NCBI GenBank assembly: GCA_030390025.1
Contig: CM059432.1
Location: 89,530,001 to 89,594,000, forward strand
DNA from: Squalus acanthias
Taxonomy: Eukaryota
Reading direction: 5' to 3'
Length of the DNA stretch: 64,000 nt
The notes under the pieces are model-generated. The model was not told where the DNA came from. It did not search any database and saw nothing but the letters and a program-made list of their open reading frames with translations. Of this stretch, positions 1 through 11,810 are shown one piece after another (the stretch's first letter is position 1; each line of letters begins with the position of its first letter). The translations under genes and the position numbers were made by a program.

Positions 1-164
1 AAAGGTTCTTGCTCATTCCATTCTGTCCACAGATTTCGGTGTCTGCAGCTTGCAGGCCATTTTTGAAACCTCGGAAGCCACTCTCACCACATTGCTACTC
101 ACTATCACAACATTGAGGGGTTGGCCCTCTGATCACCACTTTATCTGCCATCTACTATATCAGC

Positions 165-1494
165 ATGGGTGCTGCTTATACTGTCTCACCTTGGTCCTCA
201 GAATCGGACCAAGATGAGCCCCACCACAAACAACACCAGCAGCACCAGCAGCAACAGCAACAACCACAACAGCAGCATTTTCTTCAACTACCTGATGCTC
301 CACAGGAGAGAGGGGTAATCACAGGGCCTCAGCGCACTGGAGGCGATACCCCCAACACAGGGTATACAGGCAGAGGATGAGCTTCCTCAACATGACTGAG
401 CAGCAGTGCTTCAGGAGGCTCAGGCTATCGCATCAGGTCATCGCCGACGTTTGTAGTTTGCTGGAACAAGACCTGCTACCCAGAGGTCCTGGTGGACACT
501 CCTTACCAGTGGCTGTCAAAGTCACCACTGCCGTCAACTTCTTCACCTCAGGCTCCTTCCAGAGATCTGCAGCAGACACTTGCAGGATTTCGCAGTTGGC
601 TGCACACAGATGCATCAGCCAGGTGAGCGATGCCACATTTCACAAGTCAGCCAATTATATCAACTTTGCCACTGATGAGGCCAGTGTGCTGAGCGGGCGC
701 TCGGCTTTGCGGCTCTGACTGACTTCCCACAGGTGCAGGGCGTCATCGACTGCACACAAGAAAGAAAGAAAGACCTTTCACGACCACCGGACGTCTCAAA
801 GCGCTTTACAGCCAATGAAGTACTTTTGAAGTGGAGTCACTGTTGTAATGTGGGACACATGTGGCCATGAAGGCACCCCTTCATCACCCAGGAGTGTTCA
901 AAGGGCTTCCACCCCCTCAATGTGCAGCTCATCTGCAACCAAAGAAAGATGACTATACATGTGTGCATCAGATTCCCTGGCAGCTGTCATGACTCTTTCA
1001 TTCTGCACCAGTCCACCCTCCCTCAGCTCTTCACACCTCCAAACAGACTTACCGGCTAGCTGCTTGGAGACAAGGGCTATCCACTGAAGATGTGGCTCAT
1101 GACACCCTTGAGGACGCCAAGTACTGAGGCTGAGGACCATTATAATGAGAGCCACATCTCCACCAGATGTGTCATAGAGCAAACAATAGGCATGCTGAAG
1201 ATGAGCTTCAGATGCCTTGACAGATCTGGAAGAGCCCTTCAATACAGGCCAGCCAGGGTCTCCAGAATCATCATTGTCTGCTGCACGCTGCACAACATGG
1301 CACAGCTGTGAGGATTGGAGCTGCAGGAGAAGCAAGGCGCACAGCACTCAGCATCTTCAGAGGAGGAGGAGGAACAGTTGGAAGACGAGGAGGAGGAGGA
1401 GGAGGAGGAACCTGAGGTGGAGATGTCACCAGCAGTGGCACACATTGCTGCCTGGGAGGCCCGCGATGGTTTCATCATGGCCAGATTTACTTAA
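165..1494 (+). pseudogene. HARBI1-like DDE transposase, frameshifted and interrupted by a SINE
   Basis: Motifs [54 protein letters not shown] and CCTLHN are split across ORFs 165-380, 377-718 and 1090-1311. Poly-Q N-terminus, poly-E C-terminus. Confidence 0.92.
759..854 (-). mobile_element. 5'-truncated Deu-SINE 3' tail inserted in the transposase
   Basis: Reverse complement of the SINE tail at about 27440-27550, flanked by ACACA duplicates (754-758, 855-859). The uninterrupted site GACTGCACACATGTGGCC is present in copy 2. Confidence 0.9.
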
Positions 1495-1801
1495 CTTGCT
1501 CCAATGCAGCCACATGGCTACGACATGCTGTACTTCGAACCCCCCAACCCCACCCCCGCCCAACAACACCATAAAGCATCCCTACAAAGACCAAGCCATT
1601 CCTCTCACCCAAAGCCCTAATGCTTGAGATTAAGTAATGTCTCACCATTCACTCCAAGTGACAAAGCCACTTCCAAGGTTTGAGGCAAAAATGGACAAGA
1701 TCCGAAAGTGGTGCAAAGAAAAACATTTCTGTGTGTAATCAAAATAACTGAAACTTACCACGAACATTTTTTGATACATATATGTGCATACCCTTGTGCA
1801 T

Positions 1802-3618
1802 CTACTTTTGTGTCATTTTTCTTTTCCGAGTGCTTCTACAAGGTGCAACCTCTGAGGTAGAGGCAGGCTGCTCACTTCCCTGCTGCGACTGGTTAGACTC
1901 TTTTGGCGGACGTCCTCTGGGTTTTGGAGCCTGTGATGGCCCCGCCAAAGTCTGCTCCTCTTGCAACTGTGGAGGGGCAGATTCGGCCATCGGGATCTGA
2001 GGAAGCATGTGGGACTCTGACTGAGGGGGGAGGCAATGGGGGGAGAAGTGTGAGCGCTTTGAGAAGAGCCCCCACTTCCATGTCCCCTCTCAGCATTATC
2101 CCTGTCATGGGCCACCCGCACTTCCATGCTAGCAAAGAGCTGGAGAGCACCTTGCTGCACATCAGTGGGGTGATGAAGGCCCAAGTCTATGTTTACATCC
2201 CTCCTTGAGAGGAAGTCTATGAGCGCCTACCATCTGTTGTCCACAGCTAGCATGTGCTCATGTGACTGACGCATTTGCTGCTCCATGCAGGTGGCCATCC
2301 TTTCCATGGAGGAGCACATCATCGCCATCGCCTGCGACATGGTGGTGCTCATGTTGGAGATGGACTCCTCCATTCTCTGAACATTTGCAGACATTGCAGC
2401 TGCAAAAGATGCCATAGCCTCATGCAGTTGTTGCTGCCCCTCCAAGATCACTCTCTTTCTCGATGGCCCCCGAGGTTCAGCGCCTGCACGCAGCTCAGCA
2501 GAGCTTGGAGCGTCCTGCGCCCTCCGGCGAGGAGTCTCCACTCCTGTCCCTGTCAACATCACCTGCTCTTGCTCACTTGTGAATTGTGAGACACCAGGTG
2601 ACAACACTACTCTATCTCGCGTGGGACCCACCGAGGTGTGCGTATCTGCGCTGGTGCTGGGTGCGCTTGGGTCTGCTGCTGATGCACCCTCAGAGGCTGG
2701 AAGTTCCTCTGAGGAGTTGTCTTTCTCCTCCGGCAGGACAGTGGGTGGGGGGGGGGGTGCGGGGGGTGCAGTTGATGGACCTGTGGGAGAGTAAAGAGAT
2801 TAATTAGAAGTGTTATAATAAGAATAGGTAATGTTACCATTATGCACATGATAGCATTTCACTGGTTGCTGACATCAGTCACCATATGAGTGACTGTTGT
2901 ATACCATGTGGCTGTATGAGATGTGATTCTGTCACCATCTCTCCAATTCACGTGACCTCCAGAGCCCCCTCCTCTGCCGCTGTTAGTTGGGTGAAGACTG
3001 GAGGGCCACCTCCGGTTCTCTGTCCCTCCTGTATGTTCTGGGCTCTTTTCTCCTGCAAGGAGGGAAAGAAAAGTTTGAGTGAGAGTGATGGAATGAGTGT
3101 AAGGAATGGATAGATTACATATGCAGAGGGTGACTATGAGGGAGTGGGGTGCCAATGCCAAATGGCCTCCTTCTGTGGTGTTACTTGCTATGATTGCATT
3201 CGGATGAGGATGAGGGTGAGTGTGAGGGGTGGTTAGTCAGATGGGGATGTGAGTATGTACATAGAGAGAGAGGGATGGGTGGATGAGCAAGGTGGGTTGG
3301 TGTGAGCAATGATGTGCAGGAGTAGGCTTGGGAAGGCAGCGTGATGGGGATGTGTTGACAGGCACATCAGGATGAAGGTGAGTGTGGCCTTGCACTCACC
3401 TTTCCTGACCTCATGAGATCATTGATTTGTTTCCTGCACTGGATCCAGCTCCTCCTCACCACATCCTTGCTGCTGACCTCCTCAGCTCTTTTGGACTCTT
3501 GTGGAGGTCTCCTTCGCCTATCAGCAGGGAAGAGGACCTCCCTGCGTGCTCTGACTGCCTCCACTAGAGTATGCAGCGATGAATCAGAGAAGCATGGTGC
3601 ACCCCTCTGCCTGTCCAT
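1802..3618 (-). pseudogene. Harbinger Myb/SANT-like DNA-binding protein gene, 3 exons (3618-3400; 3052 to about 2936; 2780-1802), frameshifted
   Basis: Exon 1 reads RAPxFSD..L..LVE.V..RREVLFP...RSWIQCRKQINDL followed by a GTGAGT donor. Polypyrimidine-CAG acceptors. C-terminal KPRGRPPK and RSTRKRK. Confidence 0.85.
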
Positions 3619-3984
3619 CCTTGCTACTTTATAACTGTACTCAGGCCTTTGTCAGGTTCCACCCTCCTCTAGCAACCTTCAAATTACTTGAGTGCAAGGC
3701 TGCTTTGAATATCAGCGCTGGAAACAAGTCATCAATGACGTAATCAGACCCCTACCATTTAATAGGGCTGGGAAACATGCATGAGTCTTTCAATTGAGGC
3801 CATGAAGTTAAAGGTGCTCTGAACAATGCGCTGCTCAGAACATCGCATTCCTGACCCGCTATGCAGCCCGCACGCACCCAACCCAACTCCAAGGTAAAAA
3901 TTCTGACCATAATGGTTGCAAGCAAGAAATTATATTGGTAAACAGACAAATTAGTCATTGGGGTGAAATTTGTCTTGGCCGATG

Positions 3985-5684
3985 GCGTAAAGTGGGCGGA
4001 GTGTAATGTGGGCAGTGTGTTAAGTGTTACATGGGTGGAGTGTTAAGTGGGCGGAGTGTTAAGTGGTGGTGTGTAAAATGGGTGGAGTGTAAAATGGGTG
4101 GAGTGTAAAATGGGTGGAGTGTAACATGGGCTGAGTGTAACATGGGCTGAGTGTAACATGGGCGGAGTGTAACATGGGTGGAGTGTTAAGTGGGTGGAGT
4201 GTAACGTGGGCGGAGTGTAATGTGGGCGGAGTGTAAAGTGGGCGGAGTGTAAAGTGGGCGGAGTGTAAAGTGGGCAGAGTGCAACATGGGCTGAGTGTAA
4301 AGTGGGCGGAGTGTAAAGTGGGTGGGGTGTAAAGTGGGCGGAGTGTAACATGGGCTGAGTGTAAAGTGGGCGGAGTGTAAAGTGGGTGGGGTGTAAAGTG
4401 GGCGGAGTGTAAAGTGGGCAGGGTGTAAAATGGGCGGGGTGTAAAATGGGCGGGGTGTAAAGTGGGCTGAGTGTAAAATGGGCGGGGTGTAAAGTGGGCG
4501 GAATGTAAAATGGGCGGGGTGTAAAATGGGCGGGGTGTAAAGTGGGCGGGGTGTAAAGTGGGCTGAGTGTAAAATGGGCGGGGTGTAAAATGGGCGGGGT
4601 GTAAAGTGGGCGGGGTGTGAAGTGGGCTGAGTGTAAAGTGGGCGGGGTGTAAAGTGGGCGGAGTGTAAAATGGGCTGGGTGTAAAGTGGGCGGGGTGTAA
4701 AATGGGCTGGGTGTAAAGTGGGCGGGGTGTAAAGTGGGCTGAGTGTAAAATGGGCGGGGTGTAAAATGGGCGGGGTGTAAAGTGGGCGGGGTGTGAAGTG
4801 GGCTGAGTGTAAAGTGGGCGAGGTGTAAAGTGGGCGGAGTGTAAAATGGGCTGGGTGTAAAGTGGGCGGGGTGTAAAATGGGCTGGGTGTAAAGTGGGCT
4901 GAGTGTAAAATGGGCGGGGTGGAAAGTGGGCGGGGTGTAAAGTGGGCTGAGTGTAAAATGGGCGGGGTGTAAAGTGGGAGGGGTGTAAAGTGGGCGGAGT
5001 GTAAAATGGGCGGGATGTAAAGTGGGCGGAGTGTAAAATGGGCTGTGTGTAAAGTGGGCGGAGTGTAAAATGGGCTGGGTGTAAAGTGGGCGGAGTGTAA
5101 AATGGACTGGGTGTAAAGTGGGCGGAGTGTAAAATGGGCGGGGTGTAAAGTGGGCGGAGTGTAAAATGGGCGGGGTGTAATATGGGCGGAGTGTAAAATG
5201 GGCTGGGTGTAAAGTGGGCGGAGTGTAAAATGGGCTGGGTGTAAAGTGGGCGGAGTGTAAAATGGGCGGGGTGTAAAGTGGACGGGGTCTAAAATGGACT
5301 GGGTGTAGAGTAGGCGTGGTGTAAAGTGGGCGGGGTGTAAAGTGGGCAGGATGTAAAGTGAGCGGAGTGTAAAATGGACTGAGTGTAGAGTAGGCATGGT
5401 GTAAAGTGGGCGGGGTGTAAAGTGGGCATGGTGTAAAATAGGTGGGGTGTAAAATGGGCAGGGTGTAAAGTGGGCGGGGTGTAAAGTGGGCGGAGTGTAA
5501 AATGGGTGGAGTGTAAAATGGGCGGGGTGTAAAGTGGGCGGGGTATAAAGTTGGCGGGGTTTAAAGTGGGTGGAGTGTAAAATGGACTGGGTGTAGAGTA
5601 GGCGTGGTGTAAAGTGGGCGGGCTGTAAAGTGGGCGGGCTGTAAAATGGGTGGGGTGTAAAGTGGGTGGAGTGTAAAGTGGGCT
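3985..5684. repeat. 16-bp G-rich tandem array, consensus GTGTAAA(G/A)TGGGCGG(A/G), about 105 units
   Basis: Direct 16-nt periodicity. Preceded by the TIR-like GGGGTGAAATTTGTCTTGG at about 3960. Confidence 0.97.
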
Positions 5685-5977
5685 GCCGATTCACTCGCCC
5701 CAATCTTGCACTGCGCATAGTAAAGCTTTTCATAGCCAATAAAGTGCTATTGGAAGTGTAGTCACTGTTGTTTTGTAGGCAAGCATGGCAGCCAGTGCGC
5801 ACACAACAAAGTCCCACAAACAGCAATTAAATAAATGTGCAGTTAATCTGTTTTTTGCAGTGTTGGCTTGAGATAAATGTTGGTCAGGACAACAGGAGAA
5901 CTTCCATGCTTTTGTTCAAATAGTGCCATGGAATCTTCTGTGTTGACCTGAGTAGGCAGATGGGCCCATGTCTTAAT

Positions 5978-7303
5978 GGCCCAAAAATTTGGCCGTTCTC
6001 GGGTGAGTACTCAGTGCGTACTCACCCGTATTCATTCCCGAAGTGCCGGTTTCCTGCATGCACTGCGCATGCGCGGGAAACCGGCACTTCCGGTATGGCG
6101 AAGGGGGCGGTTCCTAGGTGAACCGCGTGCACACTAGAGGCTGCGCGCACGCAGCACACTTAGGTTTTTTTTCAGGTTTCAACGCGAGGGTAAGTATTGA
6201 ATCTTCTACGCTAGTAAAAAGGAGGCGTAAGACCCCTTTTGAACAAGGTAAGTAGTTAATTAAGTATAATTTAAAAAAAAATTCAACAGGTTTATCTTTT
6301 TTAGAGACTTTAAAGAAAGGTAAATTTATTTTTATAACTTTTAAAAAGTATTTTAATTTTTTCAAAAATATAACTTTTTGTTTAAAGTGGTTAATTTATT
6401 TAACTATAGTTATTTTATTAATGTGATGGTTTTTAAAAAAATTTATTTGAGGTTTAGCTGTTCTTTTGGGGCCGATTTCAATTCACAGATTTGACAGGTC
6501 TCCTGTCAAATCTATGAATGAAAGATGGTCTGCTGCCATGGGCTCTCCATGGCCCACGTGATCCCAGGGGTCGCATTACATAAGAACATAAGAACATAAG
6601 AAATAGGAGCAGGAGTAGGCCAATCGGCCCCTCGAGCCTGCTCCGCCATTCAATAAGATCATGGCTGATCTGATCCTAACCGCCAATCTACTATCTACTA
6701 TCACAGAACCATCTCCTGCATCTAACAGAATTGCACACACGAAATAGGAGCAGAATCAGGCTACACGGTCCCTGGGCCCGCTCCACTACCCACAGGGCCA
6801 TGACCGATCCGAACCTAGACTCATGTCCAAATTCCTGCTCGCTCCCCGTAACCCTTAATGCCCTTTACTTCTAGGAAACTGTCTATTTCTGTTTTAAATT
6901 TATTTAATGATGTAGCTTCTACAGCTTTTTGTGGCAGCATATTCCATGGACCTACCACCCTCTGAGTGAAGTAGTTCCTCCTCATCTCAGTTTTGAAAGA
7001 GCAGCCCCTTATTCTAAGACTATGCCCCCTAGTTCTAGTCTCACCCGTCATCGGGAACATCCTCCCCGCATCCACCCGATCCAACCCCTTCACAATCTTA
7101 TATGTTTCAATAAGATCGCCTCTCATTCTTCTGAACATTGCACTAACTGCGCCCCTGGAACACGCAAGCACTGCGCGCCGGCACTAGGGAGAGGCCCAGG
7201 ACCCGAAGTTCCTGCGGGGGCAAACAAGAACGGCAGACGCGGTGGGTGATATCGCGCGCGATCCTTACCCCCGCGGCAAGCCTCCGAATCGAATTTCTAG
7301 GCC
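5978..7303. mobile_element. Non-autonomous Harbinger-type element (MITE) with AAT target duplication
   Basis: Ends GGCCCAAAAATTT and GAATTTCTAGGCC form an imperfect TIR. AAT at 5975-5977 and 7304-7306. Several internal hairpins. Confidence 0.85.
6578..7135 (-). mobile_element. CR1 LINE 3' fragment nested in the MITE
   Basis: RRMRGDLIETYKI...TRGHSLRI ORF2 C-terminus, (TTCTTATG)n tail, CATT duplicates at 6574-6577 and 7136-7139. Nearly identical to 17362-17908. Confidence 0.95.
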
Positions 7304-10300
7304 AATGTCTTATCCGAAGGTCTGTGCTTCTGACAATGCAGCAACCCCTTAGTACTGCGCTGAAGCGCCAGTATAGATTACGTGCTCAGGTCCCTAGAGT
7401 GGGCTTAGAAATGTGCTATGTCATTCCAATCATGGTCTTGTAGTAAAATGTTAATAATAAAATTATTTTAAAATCTTCACTTCCATTGTTCTGGCTCCTG
7501 TCATCACAGTAACAGCTCAGCACTTGAAAAACATTATCTTTGTTTCATATTGAGAGTTTCTGTTAACAAAAAGGCTGAGAAGGAAGTTTTTATTTTTGCC
7601 TTCCATTTTCTCCAACTTTTACATGAAGTTTTATTTTCTGAATGCTGCCTTTGTGCTACAGTAAAGAAGGGCACCTTAAATAGCGGCCTGGCTGAGCAAA
7701 TTGAGAATATTACCAGAAGAAAAGCATAAAAATTATGTTACCAAGCTATTGTGATTTTGTATTTTATTGGAATTGCGATGATAAGCTAAAAATGCATTTA
7801 AAACAAATAATGACAAGTCAAAGGTATGAGTGGCTGATTAAAAAGATTTCTTTTTTGGATGGCCTTAGGCTGCTCCAAGCTGTCACTATAAATATTCTGT
7901 CTCTTGCCCTCCCCAATGGCGTATCTGTCAAATACTACCTGTTTTGTGTGAGACTCACGTATTTTCAGCCCTCGCACTCAAGTCTCACAATCTCATGTCA
8001 AGTCACTCCTGTGGAACATTTATTTAAAATTACCAGTTTAGCAGGAGAAGAACAAAAGTTTATCTAAGGATTGTACTGATCTTTATTCTCCAACAGGATA
8101 AGAGGGCGAGAATCCGTTTGTTGCTTGCCTACCTGCCAACTAGTAAAATTCCTACCCGCTCCTCTTGGCAGAGAAATCACAGCCCCCTGTCCAAGATCTA
8201 TCCATAAGATCAGAATGCTGCTTAGCACCCCTCACTCCCACATGAAGATCAAACTGACAGCACCATTAATCACTCCCTTCTACCATTTTCATATTATACA
8301 TTTTGGAGATTTTTATTTGATGATACTGCCAAATCAGACAATTTTGAATCTTTAAACAATGAATCTTACTATCGTAAAGACAAAATTAACTTAGAAATCT
8401 TTTTGGGTGGGTTTGACCACTTTTGTTGAATTTTCAAAGATAGACCACATTTTTGTGCTTTTTTGTGAGATGGAAGCATATCACATAGGTTTCTATCAGT
8501 GCATGCATAGGTCTCGCTACAGCAGGTCATTCATGACTTTCCTCCTAGACCTTGGAGGCTCCAGAACAAGTTAGCTTTCAAATTAAACTTCATAAAACCT
8601 TCAGTCTAAAAACTCCACCTCCCTAACTAATGTAGCTTTTTATAAAATTGATACAGTGAAGATAACTCTGAATACTTGGCAGGAATTTTAAATCTCCCTT
8701 ATCTAAAAATAGCAAATTTCCTAAATTGTCCCCATACAAAGTTCCATAATAATTTGGGACTGTAAAGTCCCAGCCAAAATTGTGCTTAGATAATATCCTC
8801 CCATAATTAATTACTGAGATCAAACAGGCTCTATTCATGTCCATACATAATTTATATATATTTTTGATTATCAGTAAACAAAATGCCTGACTTAATATAT
8901 TCCCAGGGTGCTTTTAAGAGTACTTGAAAGAAATAGTCTGAGAGAAGCATTTATGAGATCATTTACCAATTGTTATAACAAATCTACATTATTGGTATTG
9001 ATGATTGATCTTGCAGCCCTTCCCCTGCCTTGGCTTCCTCTTCAAAGGGGTTCATGACAGAAGGTATCCATTTTCACCTATCCTCTTCCTGCTTGGTTGG
9101 GCTACTCGATATCCAGTGCAAGCAGGAGATGCACCTCTACCCAGCAATATTTTATCTTATATCACTGGTCTAATTTCTTAGTATATTCAACACTATAGAA
9201 TAATATGGACTCACTCTGGATAAAAATTGAATAGGACTAAAAGGAGATCTTACTATTAGCCATGTGAAATCAATGATTGCTGGCCAAAGGGAAGCCTCAG
9301 TACTATCATAACACAAGTCAAAATGAATGTAACTTCTCTGGATCACTCTAATCCAGCTATGGAATAACTACCAGCTCCCACCAACTGACCTTCCTAAATT
9401 TAGCTAGCTGTAGCATTTCATCCTGACAACACCAATAAAGATAAACTTCTTCAACTCCTCACCCAACATAAATCTCATCTTCAGATCAAAAATTATGTGA
9501 ATGACTTATTATTCCATTGGACAACTTTTTAATTCAGATGGCTCTATCAATTCATCAGTCACAGGAACCTGATCTTCAATAGGCTCTAAAGGGTGAGAAA
9601 TGGGATTAATTATGAGCATTCAGTTTCCACCTACAGAAGAGTTAGAAAGGGAATATTCGCTATTGTTCAGCATACATATTATGCCTCACAAATCTGCCTC
9701 ACTTTGAAGATGCAACAATCCCAAATAACTACTAGAAAAGCAACAAAACAGTCAACATTTCAGGAATATAATCAAAATGGAACATTTGAATTTTAACACT
9801 GAGATCCTTGTGCAATTCCAATGTGCACAGTGGCTCTCACCTGACCTGCCAGTATACTAGCTGCAGATGAAAGCCTATAGCTTCATGTTTTGTGTGGCTG
9901 GGAAGCATTTCAGTGTTATAGAAACAGATGCAGACTAATATGGCAATCAGTAGGTCAAAGCGTTGGAGGATACTGCAGTATCTGAGAAAATCATGGATGC
10001 AATGTAATATTTTTAATAAAAGTTAGTTTTACATTCATGAAACACTGTTGATGTTACTGAGGAACAGAACAGGAGAATGGAAGAGAATATTATGTCACAC
10101 AAAATATAATTGGGCCTAGACTCAAACTTCACTTTCAATAATAAGTGAGCTCTGATGACACACTAGACCATAATACTTGTCTAAGCGATGGATAGCATAT
10201 ATATTTTTATAATTACTTAGAATTCACATTATCCTCCATGAGTTCATATAGGCCCTCAAATCCGCATGCTTTATACTTCTGAAATATACACATTTGAACA

Positions 10301-10804
10301 CTTATATAATTTGCAAGAATATCAGTGATTATTGTCATATTGTTGCACTGCTGATGATATTCTTATGGTAGTCTCTGAGTCTGACCATGCAACAGCGTTT
10401 AATTAGCATACATAGACAAAACAAAACAATTGTTGAACTGTACAATGTTAATAACCATGGCCTGGAAATGACTGTGGCTGATGTTATCACATGAATGCTT
10501 ATCAAATTTCCCTCTCTACTATTTTAATGGAGGCATTAGCCTACTCATTTTAAACAATAACAGTCGTCTCTAACCTTGTTTGTCGACCATGTTGGGCTCA
10601 GTTATGTCATCAAGCCTGTTGCTCTGGTATCAGCATTCTGTGCTCAAGCAAAATTGTTCAAACATTCAACACAAATAAAAATTGTATTATAATCATCATT
10701 CTTTGTAACTGTTTAATTTTTAAAAGACTGCCTGAGAATCGCTCTTTAAACTCCTTGAGTAGTAGTTTATGGTCAACTCTGTCAAAGTTAAAAAAAGTCA
10801 ACTA

Positions 10805-11810
10805 CAACAACAACAACTTGCATTTATATAGCGCCTTTAATGTAGTAAAACATCCCAGGGTGCTTCACAGGAGCGTTATCAAAAAAATGTGACAGCAAGC
10901 CACATGAGGTGATATTAGGGCAGATGACCAAAAGCTTGGTAAAAGAAGTAGAGAGCCAGAGAGATTTAGGGAGGGAATTCCAGAGCTTAGGGCCTCAGCA
11001 GCTGAAGGCATGGCCGCCAATGATGGAGCAACTAAAATCGAGGATGCTCAAGAGGCCAGAATTGGTGGAGAACAGAGATCTCGGACGGTTGTAGGGCTGG
11101 AGGAGGTTACAGAGATAGAGAGGGGTGAGGCATTGGAGGGATTTGAAAACAAGAATGAGAATTTTAAACTTGACGCTTTGCTTAACCAGGAGCTAATGTA
11201 GGTCAGCGAGCACAGTGGTGATGGGTGAACAGGACTTGTTGGGAGTTAGGATACCGGCAAAGTTTTGGATGAGCTTAAGTTTATGGAGGATGGAACATGG
11301 GAGGCTGGCCAGTAGTGCGTTGGATTGGTCAAGTCTAGAGGTAGATTTTTGAATATTAAGGGAATCAAGGGATATGGGGATAGTGCGGGAAAGTGGAGAT
11401 GAGATAGAAGATCAGCCATGATCTTATTGAATGGCAGAGAAGGCTCAAAGGGCCAAATAGGCCTGCTCTTATTTCCTTATGTAACAAAGGCATGGATAAG
11501 GGTTTCAGCAACAGTTGAGCTGAGGCAGTGGCGGAGTCGGGCGATGTTACGGAGGTGGAAGTAGGCAGTCTGGTTCAGCCGCAGACAGTTGCCAGGGAGA
11601 GGGATGGAGTCAGTGGCTAGGGAACAGAGTTTGTGGTGGAGACCAAAAACAATGGCTTCGGTCTTCCCAATATTTAGCTGTGGAAATTTCTGTTCATCCA
11701 GTACTGGATGTCGGACAAGCAATGTGACAAATTAGACAGTGGAGACGTCAAGAGAGGTGATGGTGAGATAGAGCTGGGTGTCGTCAGCATACGTGTGGAT
11801 CCTGACGTAC
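10805..11810 (-). mobile_element. L2-clade LINE 3' fragment, decayed
   Basis: The minus strand encodes YADDTQLYL, QLNIGKTEAIVFG and AYFHLRNIARLR. Its tail GGCGCTATATAAATGCAAG(TTG)n is shared with the Deu-SINE. Confidence 0.85.
11344..11480 (+). mobile_element. Short CR1 3' end nested in the L2 element
   Basis: GGGAATCAAGGGATATGGGGA...GATCAGCCATGATCTTATTGAATGG CR1 3' UTR, with GTA repeated at both junctions. Confidence 0.8.

Larger units (their letters stand above)
1..3908 (+). mobile_element. PIF/Harbinger DNA transposon copy 1 (left end outside the window), decayed
   Basis: HARBI1-like transposase on + converges on a Myb/SANT gene on -. The right end reads GGTAAAAATTCTGACC, similar to the TIRs of the other copies. 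Confidence 0.9.
5722..7410 (-). mobile_element. Deu-domain tRNA SINE split in two (5722-5977 and 7304-7410) by a MITE
   Basis: Both halves match consecutive parts of the reverse complement of the SINE at 27074-27550. Confidence 0.85.

Noticed and set aside
3985..5684. CRISPR-like array (also considered for 51095-51540)
   Set aside because: Head-to-tail repeats with no unique spacers, no cas genes, vertebrate context.
4186..5826. 546-aa His/Pro/Thr repeat ORF
   Set aside because: Translation of the 16-bp satellite; its start lies in an antisense SINE.
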